From Octopus vulgaris (Eukaryota): a stretch of DNA of 64,000 nt. The first letter of the stretch is position 1, and each line of letters starts with the position of its first letter. The notes beneath the pieces are model-generated. The model was not told where the DNA came from. It saw only the letters and a program-made list of their open reading frames with translations, and searched no databases. Both the position numbers and the translations under genes were made by a program. The stretch lies in assembly GCA_951406725.2 (NCBI GenBank), contig OX597829.1, forward strand, positions 45,136,001-45,200,000, in the 5' to 3' direction. This document shows, piece after piece, positions 14,216 to 26,956 of this stretch.

Positions 14216-15351
14216 TTTGTTTTCAAGCTATGAATAAGTATTTCAGGGCTGAAATATCAGCTTCAAACTGTGGAACAGTTTATTGATAAAAGTAGGAAAT
14301 AAATTATAAAGAAAAAAGACTTGGAATAAATGGTTTCTTTGTTTATTAAATAATTCTTATATTATATTATATTATATTATATTATACTTTCAGCGCCTGT
14401 ACCTAATCTAATCGTTCATCTTACTGCTTTATTAAATTCTCTCTTAAATCGTCCAACTAGACAGCATATATATATATAAAGTACGTTTTTCTTTTATGCT
14501 CTCACTTTTAAGTTATATATTTAGATATCCTATTCAATATCGACCATCATATTCTTCCTCGCCATAGTTTAAATAGTTATTTTCACAATTTCTCTCTGCA
14601 TATTTAACCACACACATAAGAACAACATTCGCAAAACAAAGCCTCCTTAAAAAAAATATTGGTGCTACTTTAGCGTGTGGTCTATGATAATATCCGTAGT
14701 CTACACTGAAATAACTTGATCTGGGTTAGGTTAGGGCTTAAGACTAGGGTGAAGGTTGAGTGTTAGGGTTACGGTTTAGTAATAAATCAAATGTAATTAG
14801 GAAAATGGAACGAGGCACGATTAGATGTGTTTATCACTAGATTGAAGTGTTTAACACTAGATTGAAGAATTCAAAACAAGCTTTTAGATTCAACTACATC
14901 TGATCATATCAAAACCGTAACTAATAGGAGATCCTTCATAGACCAAAACGTGGAAAATTAAATATAATAAAGCATGAGTGGTTCATAGATATAGCTATTC
15001 AGCAATAGCCATAGCTATGTCTATGATTTTAACCAAAGCTAAAAAATTTTGACAGAGAAAATAGATTTGCAAACCTCATTTATTTTCTTAGATGATTGGT
15101 CGATCAAATTTAGAATATGCCATGGAATAAGAAGATCGGACAAGGCAGACTTACAAATAGCTGCAACATACAGTGCCACTGTTAAAGTATATAAACTTAT
15201 AGAAGATCAAATAAACATAGCGTTAATGAAGCAATCCTTTACTATAAATGCTTACCAAGAGATTGGCAAGTTCTAATACAGCAGGTGTTAGTGATTCAAG
15301 CATTGTAAAGAATTGTTAATAGTTCTTACAAGCTCGTAGCCAACAAGGATA

Positions 15352-15737
15352 TGGAAGCACTCCGTCGGTTACGACGATGAGGGTTCCGGTTGATCCGAAT
15401 CAACGGAACAGCCTGCTCGTGAAATTAACGTGTAAGTGGCTGAGCACTCCACAGACACGTGCACCCTTAACGTAGTTCTCGGGGATATTCAGCGTGACAC
15501 AGAGAGTGACAAGGCCGGCCCTTTGAAATACAGGTACAACAGAAACAGGAAGTAAGAGTGAGAGAAAGTTGTGGTGAAAGAGTACAGCAGGGATCACCAC
15601 CATCCCCTGCCGGAGCCTCGTGGAGCTTTTAGGTGTTTTCGCTCAATAAACACTCACAACGCCCGGTCTGGGAATCGAAACCGCGATCCTATGACCGCGA
15701 GTCCGCTGCCCTAACCACAAGGCCATTGCGCCTCCAC
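15352..15737 (-). mobile_element. tRNA-headed SINE, family C, with 14-bp TSD
   Basis: TSD AGCCAACAAGGATA at 15338-15351 and 15738-15751; head GTGGAGGCGCAATGGCC..GTGGTTAGG..TTCGATTCCC. Confidence 0.9.
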
Positions 15738-16699
15738 AGCCAACAAGGATAATAAGTTTAGTGATTGATAAATTCTCTTCGTCCTAGATCAAAGAAAAGA
15801 TGATCATTTGTATTAATTTACTAATGCACTAAAAGAAAAGCACATATGCCAATCTTATAAGGCCCAAAAGACTGCCTGAGCAGATTAAGAACTTTTTTTT
15901 ACGGTATTGATTTACTAACAGATTTGTGCTTGCAGTTCGATTCAAGCTACATTAAAATGTGTATTTGATTGAAACTCAATGGTGTATATATATATACCAT
16001 TTTCTTCATTCCGAATAGAATCCTAACGGAGTTATGATAGTACATATATTTAAAAATACACTCATCACTACAAACCACAGAATTTCACCAAACGAAGGGG
16101 ACATTGAAATGTTCTTAAAGTACTTCTTTGGAGAAAAGATGTCTAAAAACAGATTTTAAGGTCTTTTTTTTTTTAATAATTTCAAAATAAAGTTTAGAAG
16201 TTTAATGCCTTTTTCTTTTTTTTTTTGTCTCATTCCAAATTTATTTTAATAATGAAAATCTTTCAAGACAATGGAAAATTCACCAGAACAACATCTCAAA
16301 TTCTCGATGCTACTTCATTTAGGGAGGTCACTGGAGTTTAACGAGTCGTCTAAAAGGCTAAGCTCTTTGTGGATGTGAAACTATTGGTCACTCTATGACC
16401 CGACATATAATTAACTTCCTGTAAATATATTACTGTTCTGAGATTTAGTGTGTGCTTTTTTTTTCGGATATATGATCAACTGGCTAGATATATATATGTA
16501 TGACCTTCTTTCAGTTCCTGTCAACCAAATCCACTCCCGTGGCTATAGTAGAAGGCACTCGCCAACGGTGCCAAGCAATGAGACTGAACCCAGAACCATA
16601 TGGTTGAGAAGTAAAGTTCTCACTACACCGCTTGCGCTTATACATACCCAAAATATTTTAGATTATTACGCCACATATGAAATGATGACCAGTATCAAT

Positions 16700-17286
16700 A
16701 TTCTTTTCTACTCTAGGCACAAAACCAGAAATTTTGGAGGCGGGGGCCCAGTCGATTATATCGACCTCAGTACGCAACTGGTACTTAATTTATCAACCCC
16801 GGAAGGATGAAAGGCAAAGTCGACCTCGGCTAAATTTGAACTCACAACGTAAAGACAGACGAAATACCTATTTCTTTACTACGCACAAGGGGCTTAAACA
16901 CAGAGAGGACAAACAAGGACAGACAAACGGATTAAGTCGATTGCATCGACCCCAGTGCATAACTGGTACTTATTTAATCGACTCCGAAAGGATGAAAGGC
17001 AAAGTCGACCTCGGCGGAATTTGAACTCAGAACGTAGCGGCAGACGAAATACCTATTTCTTTATTACCCACAAGGGGCTAAACATAGAGGAGACAAAAAT
17101 GGACAGACATAGGTATTAAGTCGATTATATCGATCCCAGTGCTTAACTGGTACTTAATTTATCGACCCCGAAAGGATGAAAGGCAAAGTCGACCTCGGCG
17201 GAATTTGAACTCACAACGTAACGGCAGCCGAAATACCGCTAAGCATTTCGCCCGGCGTGCTAACGATTCTGCTAGCTCGCCGCCTT
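16700..17286 (-). mobile_element. SINE family B trimeric concatemer
   Basis: Three cores; two LINE-like tails joined at the same GAAATACC|TATTTCTTTA junction. Confidence 0.85.
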
Positions 17287-17936
17287 TTACCGATATCATT
17301 ATTAAACAGTATCAGAAAGAAATTGCATTACTTTGTACAAATGTGTGACAACATATTTTTGTCGTAAATGTAGTTTTACGTGTAACTAATTTGGTTTGCT
17401 CTATTTTCGGATAAACCGTAGTTTAAATAATCCGCGCTCCGAGGTATACAATAAACGAAAGAGAGCAAGACTACATAACCCACTTGGTCTAAATGAAGGA
17501 AAAAAAATTTTTTAAGCCATTTTTATTTTGCTGACTAATCATTCATAAATCGAAATTTGCTTTCCTTGATTCAGTAGTTTCTGAGTTAGCAGAACAAATA
17601 TCTAAGAAATTAATTAAGCAACTAGACACGACATTACGAATAGAATTAAATTATCAATGGTTGCATATGTTGGATTTGTGAGAGGAGAAATTTAATGGCA
17701 TTTGTTCAGAAAGAGAAAATTAGTTTATTTATCACAGATACGAAATATTTTCGAAAAGTATGAGCAATCGCAAGTATAATCAGCCGAAATTGCGAGGATA
17801 ATCTGGTGCTTCACTGAGGAAAGAAAACTTCGAATGACCAGTCCTTGTTTTCTTTGTATCGTCTACCTGGATGTTTTGTTGTCCCTTTTTTGTATCACCT
17901 AGTTGTCCGGATGTTTTGCGTTCTTGTCCCATTTTG

Positions 17937-18005
<69 letters not shown>

Positions 18006-18371
18006 TTTCAATGGGTGAATGAATTATCCTATGTTTATCGTTAACATGGAAAATTTATCGTTAACATAGCAAATTCACGTCAGAAACTTATTATTCCTTT
18101 AACCCTTCTCTTCCTACTATCTGCCTTTGGCGTCAAATCTACTAACGGTTTTTTTTAAAATACTTAATAACGTTCTGTTTATCATGTAGGCAGTCATCGT
18201 AATTGTTATAATGTCTTGTTGTTGAGAGAGGGTCTCTTTCTTTCCTGATGAGAAGATTGCATTTTACACCGTTTATTCCTTTGGAATAAAACCATGTTGT
18301 CTTCGAAACATATGTCGAAAGTAAAAGAATTTTATTAACATCTTCGTTCAACTCCATTTATTTATTTATTC

Positions 18372-18439
<68 letters not shown>

Positions 18440-18990
18440 TCAGATGGATTTTTGTCTTATTCAGTCTTTCTGTCTAAAACGCGTTTGACCGAAAATTGAT
18501 GTTAGCGCAAAGGATATCCGCACCATAGCTGCTTGGCCCTCTTTTAATAGCATTCATGCAAGGTTCACTCCAGAAATTTTGACCCCTTTTCAGGAGAGAC
18601 ATTTATTAATTTCAAACAAGCACAGAACGTTTAACTCCTTCAAAGTAGTATCGTCTGACTTCAATCTACTTGTAATGCTTCAGGCACTTCATGAAGGCTC
18701 CATAGAAATCCTGCAAAGAAAGTGTCCAAGATTTCTATCACAGCCTCCTTCATTTTCTCAATGTCTTCAAAACAACTTCTCCTGAGGTTCTCTTTCAGCT
18801 CGTGGCGGCCAAAAGTCACAGGGAGCAAGTTCTAGACTATGGGGAGGGGAGTGAGAGATAGTTCTGATGCCTGTCTCTGTCATGTAGTTGGTTACCAGCG
18901 TGGAATTGTGATAACCAACCAGTGTTTTGCAGAGTGTGTTCAAAGTGCAGTTACAGTCATCTCCTTGAATCTGGAAATTTTTTTCAAGCC
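18440..18990 (-). pseudogene. mariner transposase C-terminal relic
   Basis: SHSPPHSLELAPCDFW is a decayed HPPYSPDLAPCDFWLF motif; abuts (TA)n. Confidence 0.65.
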
Positions 18991-19258
18991 TAGCCAGGCT
19001 CATGGGCCCGGTTTCCCGGTTTCTATGGCGTATGTGTTCCCCTCAGCTGGACGGGACGCCAGTCCATCGCAGTGTTACTCAAGAAGCATGAAGAGAGAGT
19101 GAGAGAAAGTTGTAACGAAAGAGTACAACAGGGGTCTCCACCATCCCCTGCCGGAGCCACGTGAAGCTTTTAGCGCTCAATAAACACACACAACGCCCGG
19201 TCTGGGAATCGAAACCGCGAGTTCGCTGCCCAAACCACTGGGCCATTGCGCCTCCACT
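18980..19258 (-). mobile_element. SINE with family C head and an alternative tail
   Basis: Head as in 15352-15737; tail CTGCGATGGACTGGCGTCCCGTCCAGC...GAGCCTGGCTAGGC, shared with 43220-43470. Confidence 0.8.
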
Positions 19259-20057
19259 ATTAGATTTATAGTAATGATATAATAAATTACAATGATGTAA
19301 AACAGAACTACCTCTCCTAAAAAGTCTCAAACCGGATCTTTTCTGTTTGACTGCCACTTTTCATCTTCAGTTATTATTCCTATTGATTCGATGTATTGGT
19401 GTAGTTTTGTATGGTAATCATTGACATTAAATTCATTTTCGCCGTAAATCAATAAATAAAGAGTTAATAGCTTTTAAAGTGTACAAATTTTTAGTAATTT
19501 TAGCCATTCGAAAGCCAGAGACATATAGGTGCCTGTTTCCATAGTAGCAAGCCATGCTATTATCAAGCTGCTTACCCACATGGAATTTTCAGAAAAGTTT
19601 TGCAAATTTCTGTTCTACACACGGGAATTTATACGACTATGCAAAAATAAAAACAAAAAAATTATGTGATTTAAGTTGTTATTTTTAGCACATCTCAAGG
19701 CCACCTCATGCCGTCCTCGTTTGTTTGTCACACTGATGTATTGATGCTTTTCAATCTTTCTCTCCCTAAACACATTTAACAGTCTATTGCTGAGATTTAA
19801 GGCAAAAATTCATATTGTCTGTATTTTAAATTGTGGTTTAAAAATATAATTCGAAAATTTTTAAAAGTTTAATTTCGAAAAACTAAAAAAGAAAATTGTT
19901 TCACATAATTGTATGAAACGCTAACAGAATAGACAAATCCACACAAAAAATCTGAAAATTCCCAAAAGTAAAAGAAGTTATGAGGGGTTATGAGCAGAAA
20001 TCTGCAATATAATCGATATATACCATTTGAATTAGGCCCACTAACACTACGTGAACC

Positions 20058-20225
20058 CACTAGCGTAGCTGGGCAGGGGTGGTCAGTCCTGGGTGGCACT
20101 TTTAAAGGGACAGCACTTTTCATCCTGTCGTAAGCTATTGCCGTAGGCAATATGTGTCTTTTGTGGGGTCTGGGGGCGGCAAACGGAACGGCCGCCCCGG
20201 GCGGCGCACACTAGCTACGCTAGTG
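20058..20225. mobile_element. hAT-like MITE
   Basis: TIRs CACTAGCGTAGCT/AGCTACGCTAGTG; 8-bp flanks CGTGAACC/CTTGAATC (6/8 match). Confidence 0.7.
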
Positions 20226-20620
20226 CTTGAATCCACATGTCTATCGCTTGTTGGGTGAGCGTGCTATCAATTACATTACAGAGCGCTCGCTATTCCATCT
20301 TTTCAAATTAATTACTATAAATTGCTTTCTGCTGTTTTAACTGTATTATTTTATCTCCACAAGATAATTTATCAGTCACTAAGAGCTGACAGAACAGACT
20401 TACTATACTCTTGTCCAGTATAACTAAGTCACCTACAGTGAAAAACAATCGCGTGAATCAAATTATCAATTAATCGATGACAATTTCTATGTAAACGTAA
20501 GCCTTAATTATAATGTCTAATGTCATTTGCGTTAATACTTTAGCGGTTAATTTATATGTAATTGTTAATTCATTTTCATTATTTTTGTTTTGCAGAAAGG
20601 AAAATCTGAAAATAGGAAAA

Positions 20621-21547
20621 ATGCCCTACCTAAACAAAAGAAGCAGCACACGGTGCGGTCCTACTGGACGAGGTGGTGTTCTAATTCCACTTGAACCCCT
20701 TAAGGAAGGACATCGAATTGATCCACAAGAACGATTCTTCCTAGAAGCAGCAGAAAAGGGAGACAAGCATACAATGATACGATGTTTGCAAGGCCCGAAC
20801 CCAGTAAATGTTAATTGTACTAATATGTTAGGACGATCTGCCATACAAATAGCTGTGGACAATGAAAACACAGAAATAGTAGAACTCTTACTCAAACAGG
20901 AGGGTGTCAAAATTGGAGATGCAGTACTCTACGCCATCCGTGAAGGGGTGTACAAGATAGTTGAAATGTTGATTGACCATCCAAGTGTTACCAGGGGTAT
21001 GCTGGGATCGGATTGGTCTAAAACGAAACACGGAAACGAAGAGAGTTCAGATTATTCTCCGGATATTTCTCCAGTAATTTTGGCCGCTCATTGTAATCAA
21101 TTTGAAATTCTTCAGTTATTACTTCTTCGCGGTGCCACCATTGAAAGACCACACGAACTGTCTTGTTCTTGTAAGAAATGCCAGGAACAGGTTCACGAAG
21201 ACAGTCTCCGACATTCTTTGCTGAGAATTCACACTTATAAAGCGTTAGCTAGTCCTGCGTGGATATCTTTGACAAGTCTCGATCCCATTTTAAGCGCTTT
21301 TAAGCTATCATGGGATCTTGCAAAAAAAGGATTAAAAGAAAACGAATTCAAGGATTTATATTTCGATTTAGCAATGCAATGCAAACGATTCGCGTGCGAT
21401 CTATTGGACCAATGTCGGAGCAGTGAAGAGGTAATTGCTGTATTAAATAAAGAGACATCTTCAGATGAAGAGGATGAGCCGAGTTCGAGTGGAGAGAAAC
21501 TTACTTTGGCACGATTGAAATTAGCTCTCAAATATGAACAGAAACAG
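20621..21547 (+). CDS. TRPC: TRPC-family (TRP/TRPgamma-like) cation channel, first visible coding exon: ankyrin repeats and TRP_2 domain
   Basis: Acceptor TTTTGTTTTGCAG| (exon starts 20596), ATG at 20621, donor CAG|GTATGT after 21547 (309 codons, phase 0). Motifs NVNCTNMLGRSAIQIAVDNEN, DISPVILAAHCNQFEILQLLL, PHELSCSCKKC, YKALASPAWI, ENEFK, LARLKLALKYEQKQ. The frame is open upstream, so an earlier start exon is possible. Confidence 0.95.
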
Positions 21548-21613
21548 GTATGTGGCTAAAACATTTTGTTTCATTCCTTAATATTTCGACATTCCAATTT
21601 TGTGGCATTATGC

Positions 21614-21957
21614 CAGGAATGGCTGTGTGGTAAGTAGCTTGCTAACCAGCCACATGGTTCCGGGTTCAGTCCCACTGCGTGGCATGTTGGGCAGGTGTCT
21701 TCTGCTATAGCCCCGGGCCGACCAATGCCTTGTGAGTGGATTTGGTAGACGGAAACTGAAAGAAGCCTGTCGTATATATGTATATAGACTTAGGGGTGGC
21801 TGTGTGGTAAGTAGCTTGCTAACCAGTCACATGGTTCCGGGTTCAGTCCCACTGCGTGGCATCTTCGGCAGGTGTCTTCTGCTATAGCCCCGGGCCGACC
21901 AATGCCTTGTGAGTGGATTTGGTAGACGGAAACTGAAAGAAGCCTGTCGTATATATG

Positions 21958-21990
<33 letters not shown>

Positions 21991-22215
21991 ATGTGTTTGT
22001 GTGTCTGTGTTTGTCCCTCTAGCATTGCTTGACAACCGATGCTGGTGTGTTTATGTCCCCCGTTACTTAGCGGTTCGGCAAAAAGAGACCGATAGAATAA
22101 GTACTGGGCTTTAATAAGAATAAGCCCCGGGGTCGAGTTGCTCGATTAAAAGGCGGTGCTCCAGCATGGCCGCAGTCAAATGACTGAAACAAGTAAAAGA
22201 GTAAAAGAGAAAAAG
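21614..22215 (+). mobile_element. tandem SINE family A (5' half followed by a full copy)
   Basis: Near-identical ~170-bp 5' halves at about 21618 and 21797. Confidence 0.85.
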
Positions 22216-22728
22216 AGAATTAGAAATTAATATTTCAATATTTCGTAAAAATATGTAGTTGCTATTAGTTCTTACGTATAACCAAAAATGTCCTTGACGT
22301 GACCATCTTCTTTTTTTTCTCATCCACATTTCTTTTTTCAGACATAATACTTCTGGATCTAAATTATCCAATGCATCTTTTTTATGATTATTACCTTCGC
22401 CTTCGCTAAGGGGGAGGTATTGTTTTCAGTCGAGTTTGTTTGTTTCTTTGTCCGTGGAGAAGATATCTCAAAAACCGCGGGATGGATTCAGATGAAACTT
22501 TCAGAGATGTTTGGCCTCATGACTGGCAGAAACTAATTAGATTTTGGGATCGATCAGGTACCGGACAAAGATTCGGAATAATTTTTTCGGATTTTTTCAT
22601 TTTTGAGAACGGTCGGGTTCGCTTTAGTATTCTCGTTTGTGAGAGCAGTCGAGTGTATTTCAGATATTTTCATTTTAAAAATCATCTTTGGATAATCGTT
22701 GAGAGGGTGTTGGTGTTGCATTGGCGGA

Positions 22729-24772
22729 CGTTTGTGTTACAGGCGGTTTGAGTTATTTTTTGTCATGTTAGACGTGTGGCAGAGTGTTAAATATTTGTTT
22801 GATTTTTACTGTTCAAATTGTTGCTAGTGTTATTTTGAATTTCCCCCCCCCCCCCGCTGTGGGGAAAAATGGAGAAAACGCCAGCAGGTGGCCACAGTTA
22901 TGTAGCTGCAACTGGAAAAGGGATAGACGTGGAAACGCTGGAGGTACGAGAAATAAAGATTGAACCTCCAAAAATGAAGGAATGCGAGAAGTTGCTAGAA
23001 AGAGACAGAAATACACTGAAATTAACGCCGCCTGTGGAACTAACAACCAATTTAATGAAAAGAACAGTGACATATAAGACAATGAAGATAGCAACAAGGA
23101 AAATAGAAATAGCGACAATAGAGGCTATTAAAGAATGTTTGAAGAATATAAAAAGACTAACCACATTTATAACAAGAGGGAGAAAGCACGCTACTGTGGA
23201 GGTGCGTTTTGCATCAGAAGAGGAAGCAATTAAGCACTCCACAGAGGCAATAAGATCGGAAGAATGGGTACTTTTGCCATTGTACTGTGGCAAACGTGTG
23301 GCCAGGGTGAGAGTTGGCAAAATGCCCCCAGAGCTGAAAGAAGTATAGCTGATGACAGCTATAATGTATAACATGAATGAGGAGACCAAGATACTGAAGG
23401 CCACAAGAACCCAAAGAGTCAACTACTGGAAAAATGGAATAGAGTTAACCGTTCAAGCAACAGTGGAAGATCTAAACAGAATTGTCAAAGAGATAGTGCT
23501 GCCCGATGACGTAAGATTGGGAGTGGTAGTGGAGGATAGGCCACCTATATGTTATAAATGTGGGGAAAAGGGCCACATGAAAGCGACATGCCCCCAGAGG
23601 GAACAACAGATAGAGCAGACGGAGAGGCAGGAGATATTTCTTTATTAACCTATAAAAGATTTACATACAGGGGACATTACAAGGACAGACAAGGGACATT
23701 CAGGGTACAAACTCGCTTCTTACATACAGTGTGAAAAACCGGGTGGATTTATATTATTGTGAATGAGGGTTAAACATATAAATATAAATGATGATCGGAT
23801 GAGTTTAGGGTCAGGGTTAGGGAGTTGACCCACCGGTTGGTTATCCCTTTTTGGTAATCTACGGAGAGGCAGAAGAGCACGGACCAGGTGGTAAGGGTCG
23901 AGATAAAGGAGAAAGCAACGGAGGAGGGGGTTCACGGTGTTCAGAAAGAGAAGTGGGGGAGTGAGCTCTCCACCAGAGCAGCAGAAAAAGAAGAAAGAAG
24001 AGATGGAAAAGGAGGAGACCAGAAGGAAGGAAGACGAAATGGTGGTGGATAAAATAAGCGAAAAGGAACTTGAGGAGGTGTTCCGGTCGGAGTTGCATGA
24101 GGAGAAGACATTGGTGAGGGCACCGACTGTTCCGGTGGAGGAAGAAAATTTGGAGACGCAACTGGAGAGACTGTTCAGAGTGGTGGAAGTAAAGAAGAAG
24201 GTGCCAGGAGCGGAGCAGGAAAAGAGAAAATAAATAAAAAAAAAATGGAAATTTTGATGGAATTTTGTGACGTACGCAAAAGGCAAAGAAACTGAAAAGA
24301 AAGTATTAAAGTTTAAACATATTATAAGAGTAAAGTTGCCCACGGATGTGTATTCAATAGTCTTGACTATTAAAATAACGAACAGAGTCAAGACTATTGA
24401 AAAGGTTGCAAGACGCAACGAAAATTTTAGGAAAACAAAATTAAGAAATAAGTGGTAATATTACCGGTGAGTGTGTTAAATTATAAGGCACAAAAAGAAA
24501 ATCTCCCCAGACACAACAGAATATGCTTCAACACACGAACTCATATAAAGAATCTTGCAAACCAAATCCAAACACGAAAAATAAGATAATAGAACGATTT
24601 TAAATAGTTTATATAAACGTTCAAATGATACTGCATGCAGCCATTTCATTTTTCATTTTTATATAACATCTCATTTTCATTCGTTTTATGTTTTTTTTCT
24701 CCCCACTGTGGTGTTGTGCCTGTCTTTGTAGTGTCCCCTCTGTGTTGCGGCCGTTGTGCTAAAATAAAGAAA
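22729..24772 (+). mobile_element. ORF1-only (gag-like zinc-knuckle) non-autonomous non-LTR retroposon, Tx1/L1-like
   Basis: TSD CATTGGCGGA at 22719-22728 and 24773-24782; disrupted ORF from 22869 with CYKCGEKGHMKATC; no RT or endonuclease; ends AATAAAGAAA. Confidence 0.8.
23635..23860 (-). mobile_element. nested antisense LINE-like 3' fragment
   Basis: TSD ACGGAGAGGCAG at 23619-23630 and 23861-23872; minus-strand end GTCTGTCCTTGTAATGTCCCCTG...AATAAAGAAATA. Confidence 0.8.
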
Positions 24773-24896
24773 CATTGGCGGAGGTTTGCGCTCTCTGAGT
24801 GCTCTTGTTATAATTATTGATTTTTCAAAGACCAGTAAGGTGTGATCTGATAAATATTTAACTGCTAATTCCAGCCGATTAAATGACTATGTAGAC

Positions 24897-25210
24897 CAGT
24901 GTTTCTCAACCATTTTTATTTATGGACCCCTTTGATTACTATTTTATTCTGGTGGACCCCCATAGCCATTCGATGCTTAAAAACTAGTTTTATAGACACT
25001 TCTGAAATTCCTATTTCGTTTTTCACACATTCCCTTGTGTAGGTTGAACTATGTAAAACTTTAGAGAAAGAAACCTATCCGTTTCTTGTAATACATACGT
25101 CTAATGTAAAGTTTTTTTCAGGGGGCCATAAAATATTATTGTGGATCCCCAATTTACAATTTTGTTGCGTGGACCCCACTAAAATCTTATATGGACCCCG
25201 GTTGAGTCCC
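24897..25210. mobile_element. hAT (Charlie-like) MITE, decayed
   Basis: CAGTGTTTCTCAACC left end, GGTTGAG right-end remnant, internal GGACCCC repeats. Confidence 0.6.
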
Positions 25211-26349
25211 AATAATGTAGAAGCTCATTTGCTATTACCAATAAATACTCTCTGATTGGCTGTATGCAAATGAGTTCATAACTGGGATCCAGAACTCTCG
25301 TGGGAAAAAGAATTTTGCGAGCCGGGGCCCTGTTACCGGATGCAGCTTACAGTAATACCCAGGGTAGTACCCTGGATATGTTGAAATCATAGAATGAAGT
25401 GTAGTGGATGTGAACTGTTTCGGCAAATGAATTTATTGTATCACTGCAGAATATCACTAGATGTCAAGCTGATGAACAGACAACAAACTGTCAATGGAAT
25501 TCGCAAACTATTGCCTATCTTCTGTAGTGTGGCGAACACAGATGAGATATTTCAGCTAGCGAAAGAACATTGTGACTAAAACCCTGGTCAGACGTTCATA
25601 CTGCGTCAATTAACCGTGGCATCTGGTGTGGAAGATTTGCGTTAGTCAGAGTAAAGTCACCCGACCGGATGATAATCCATATATTCTCGTCTCATAAATA
25701 CTGATACATAAGGAGTCATAAACGCAAATGTAATCTAATTTAATGATTTCAAAGCTCCGTTATTTGGATGTTTGATCTAATTATGGCTGATTGTAAGTTT
25801 AATCTAATTTTCGATATTTATATGTTTCTGCCATTAGGACATTCGTAATCTCGTTTCAACTATCGGAAAGCTTAGGGTTAATTTATACTATTTAGATAAT
25901 ATATGTGGCACCTTAACAAAAGAGACCGATAGAATAAGTACAAGGCTTTAAAACGTATAAGTACTGGTTGAGGTCGATTCGTTCGACAGAAATTCTTCAA
26001 GGCGGTGCCCCAGAGTGGGCACAATGTAATGGCTAAAACAAGTAGAAGATGAATGATAGACATAGCCTCGTTATGTAGTGCCTTCTTAGTTTGACATATG
26101 AAAGCTAACTGTTGAGTCAGTCGTCCATACGATATCATTTGTTTACAATCGTCTGCAAAATCAGGTCCTTATGTCCAGCCGTTGAGCAATTCGCTTGGTG
26201 GGTAAACAGTTATTTTGGCTACTCACAATGGAGGAAAACCGTTTGAAATATTCATGTCATACACAAGGGGAATTGTGCAGTAAATAAAATTGCTTTCACT
26301 TCGTAGTAAACTCAAGTCATAAACTGAAACATAACATGAACATAAAGTC

Positions 26350-26758
26350 GGATCTTTTCGGTTTGAACGGCAGTTTTTTTTTTTAGCGGTGTCATGAAAT
26401 TGTCACCCATAATTATGATCCTAGTATCGATCTATTGCATTTCAATCTTTTTTAGGGTTAGGGGTGGGGGGAAGGGTATTTTTTCTTCACAAATGTAAAT
26501 AAACCCAATCTGTTTCTTAAACGAGGGACATATTCATACGGCACAGAATGTTTTTTTGTCTCAATAGACGTCAGTGATTGGTTGAAATTGCAGAAATTGA
26601 AGAAAAAAACAACAAATATCTTACAAACTATAGAATCTTTTCAATAAAGCCAAGAGAAAAAGATGTTTTATAAACACATTCTACCAGTATACGAAGTTTA
26701 AATTTTTTTAGTTACCTAGAAATTATGTTAAAAACTGCCGTTCAAACCGAAAAGATCC
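26350..26758. mobile_element. second copy of the Merlin-like MITE
   Basis: Same TIRs as 9744-10218; perfect 8-bp TSD ATAAAGTC at 26342-26349 and 26759-26766. Confidence 0.9.
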
Positions 26759-26925
26759 ATAAAGTCTGTTATAACGTCAGAGAGATCTACAGAGAGATGA
26801 CACACGTCAGATATTTGACGGCCGAGACTTTTCAGGCGAAAATTATGAAATATCCGATATTGTTTCATTATTGAAAGTTGCCGAGATATATATTTGATTT
26901 TGATTTTGATTTTTCCAGTTTCAGC

Positions 26926-26956
<31 letters not shown>

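Larger units (their letters stand above)
22389..24809 (+). mobile_element. Helentron-associated non-autonomous element (HINE-like), split by a retroposon
   Basis: 5' TATTACCTTCGCC; 3' TTGGCGGAGG followed by hairpin GCGCTC-TCT-GAGTGC and TCTTGTT; own sequence is about 22389-22728 plus 24783-24809. Confidence 0.7.

Noticed and set aside
20513-20595. N-terminal extension MSNVICV... of the 348-aa ORF
   Set aside because: It lies upstream of a clear polypyrimidine-CAG acceptor, so it is intronic read-through; VCG* after 21547 is likewise intronic.
25235-25700. Short ORFs in a moderately GC-rich patch
   Set aside because: No recognisable motif; possibly an old transposon remnant, but unsupported.
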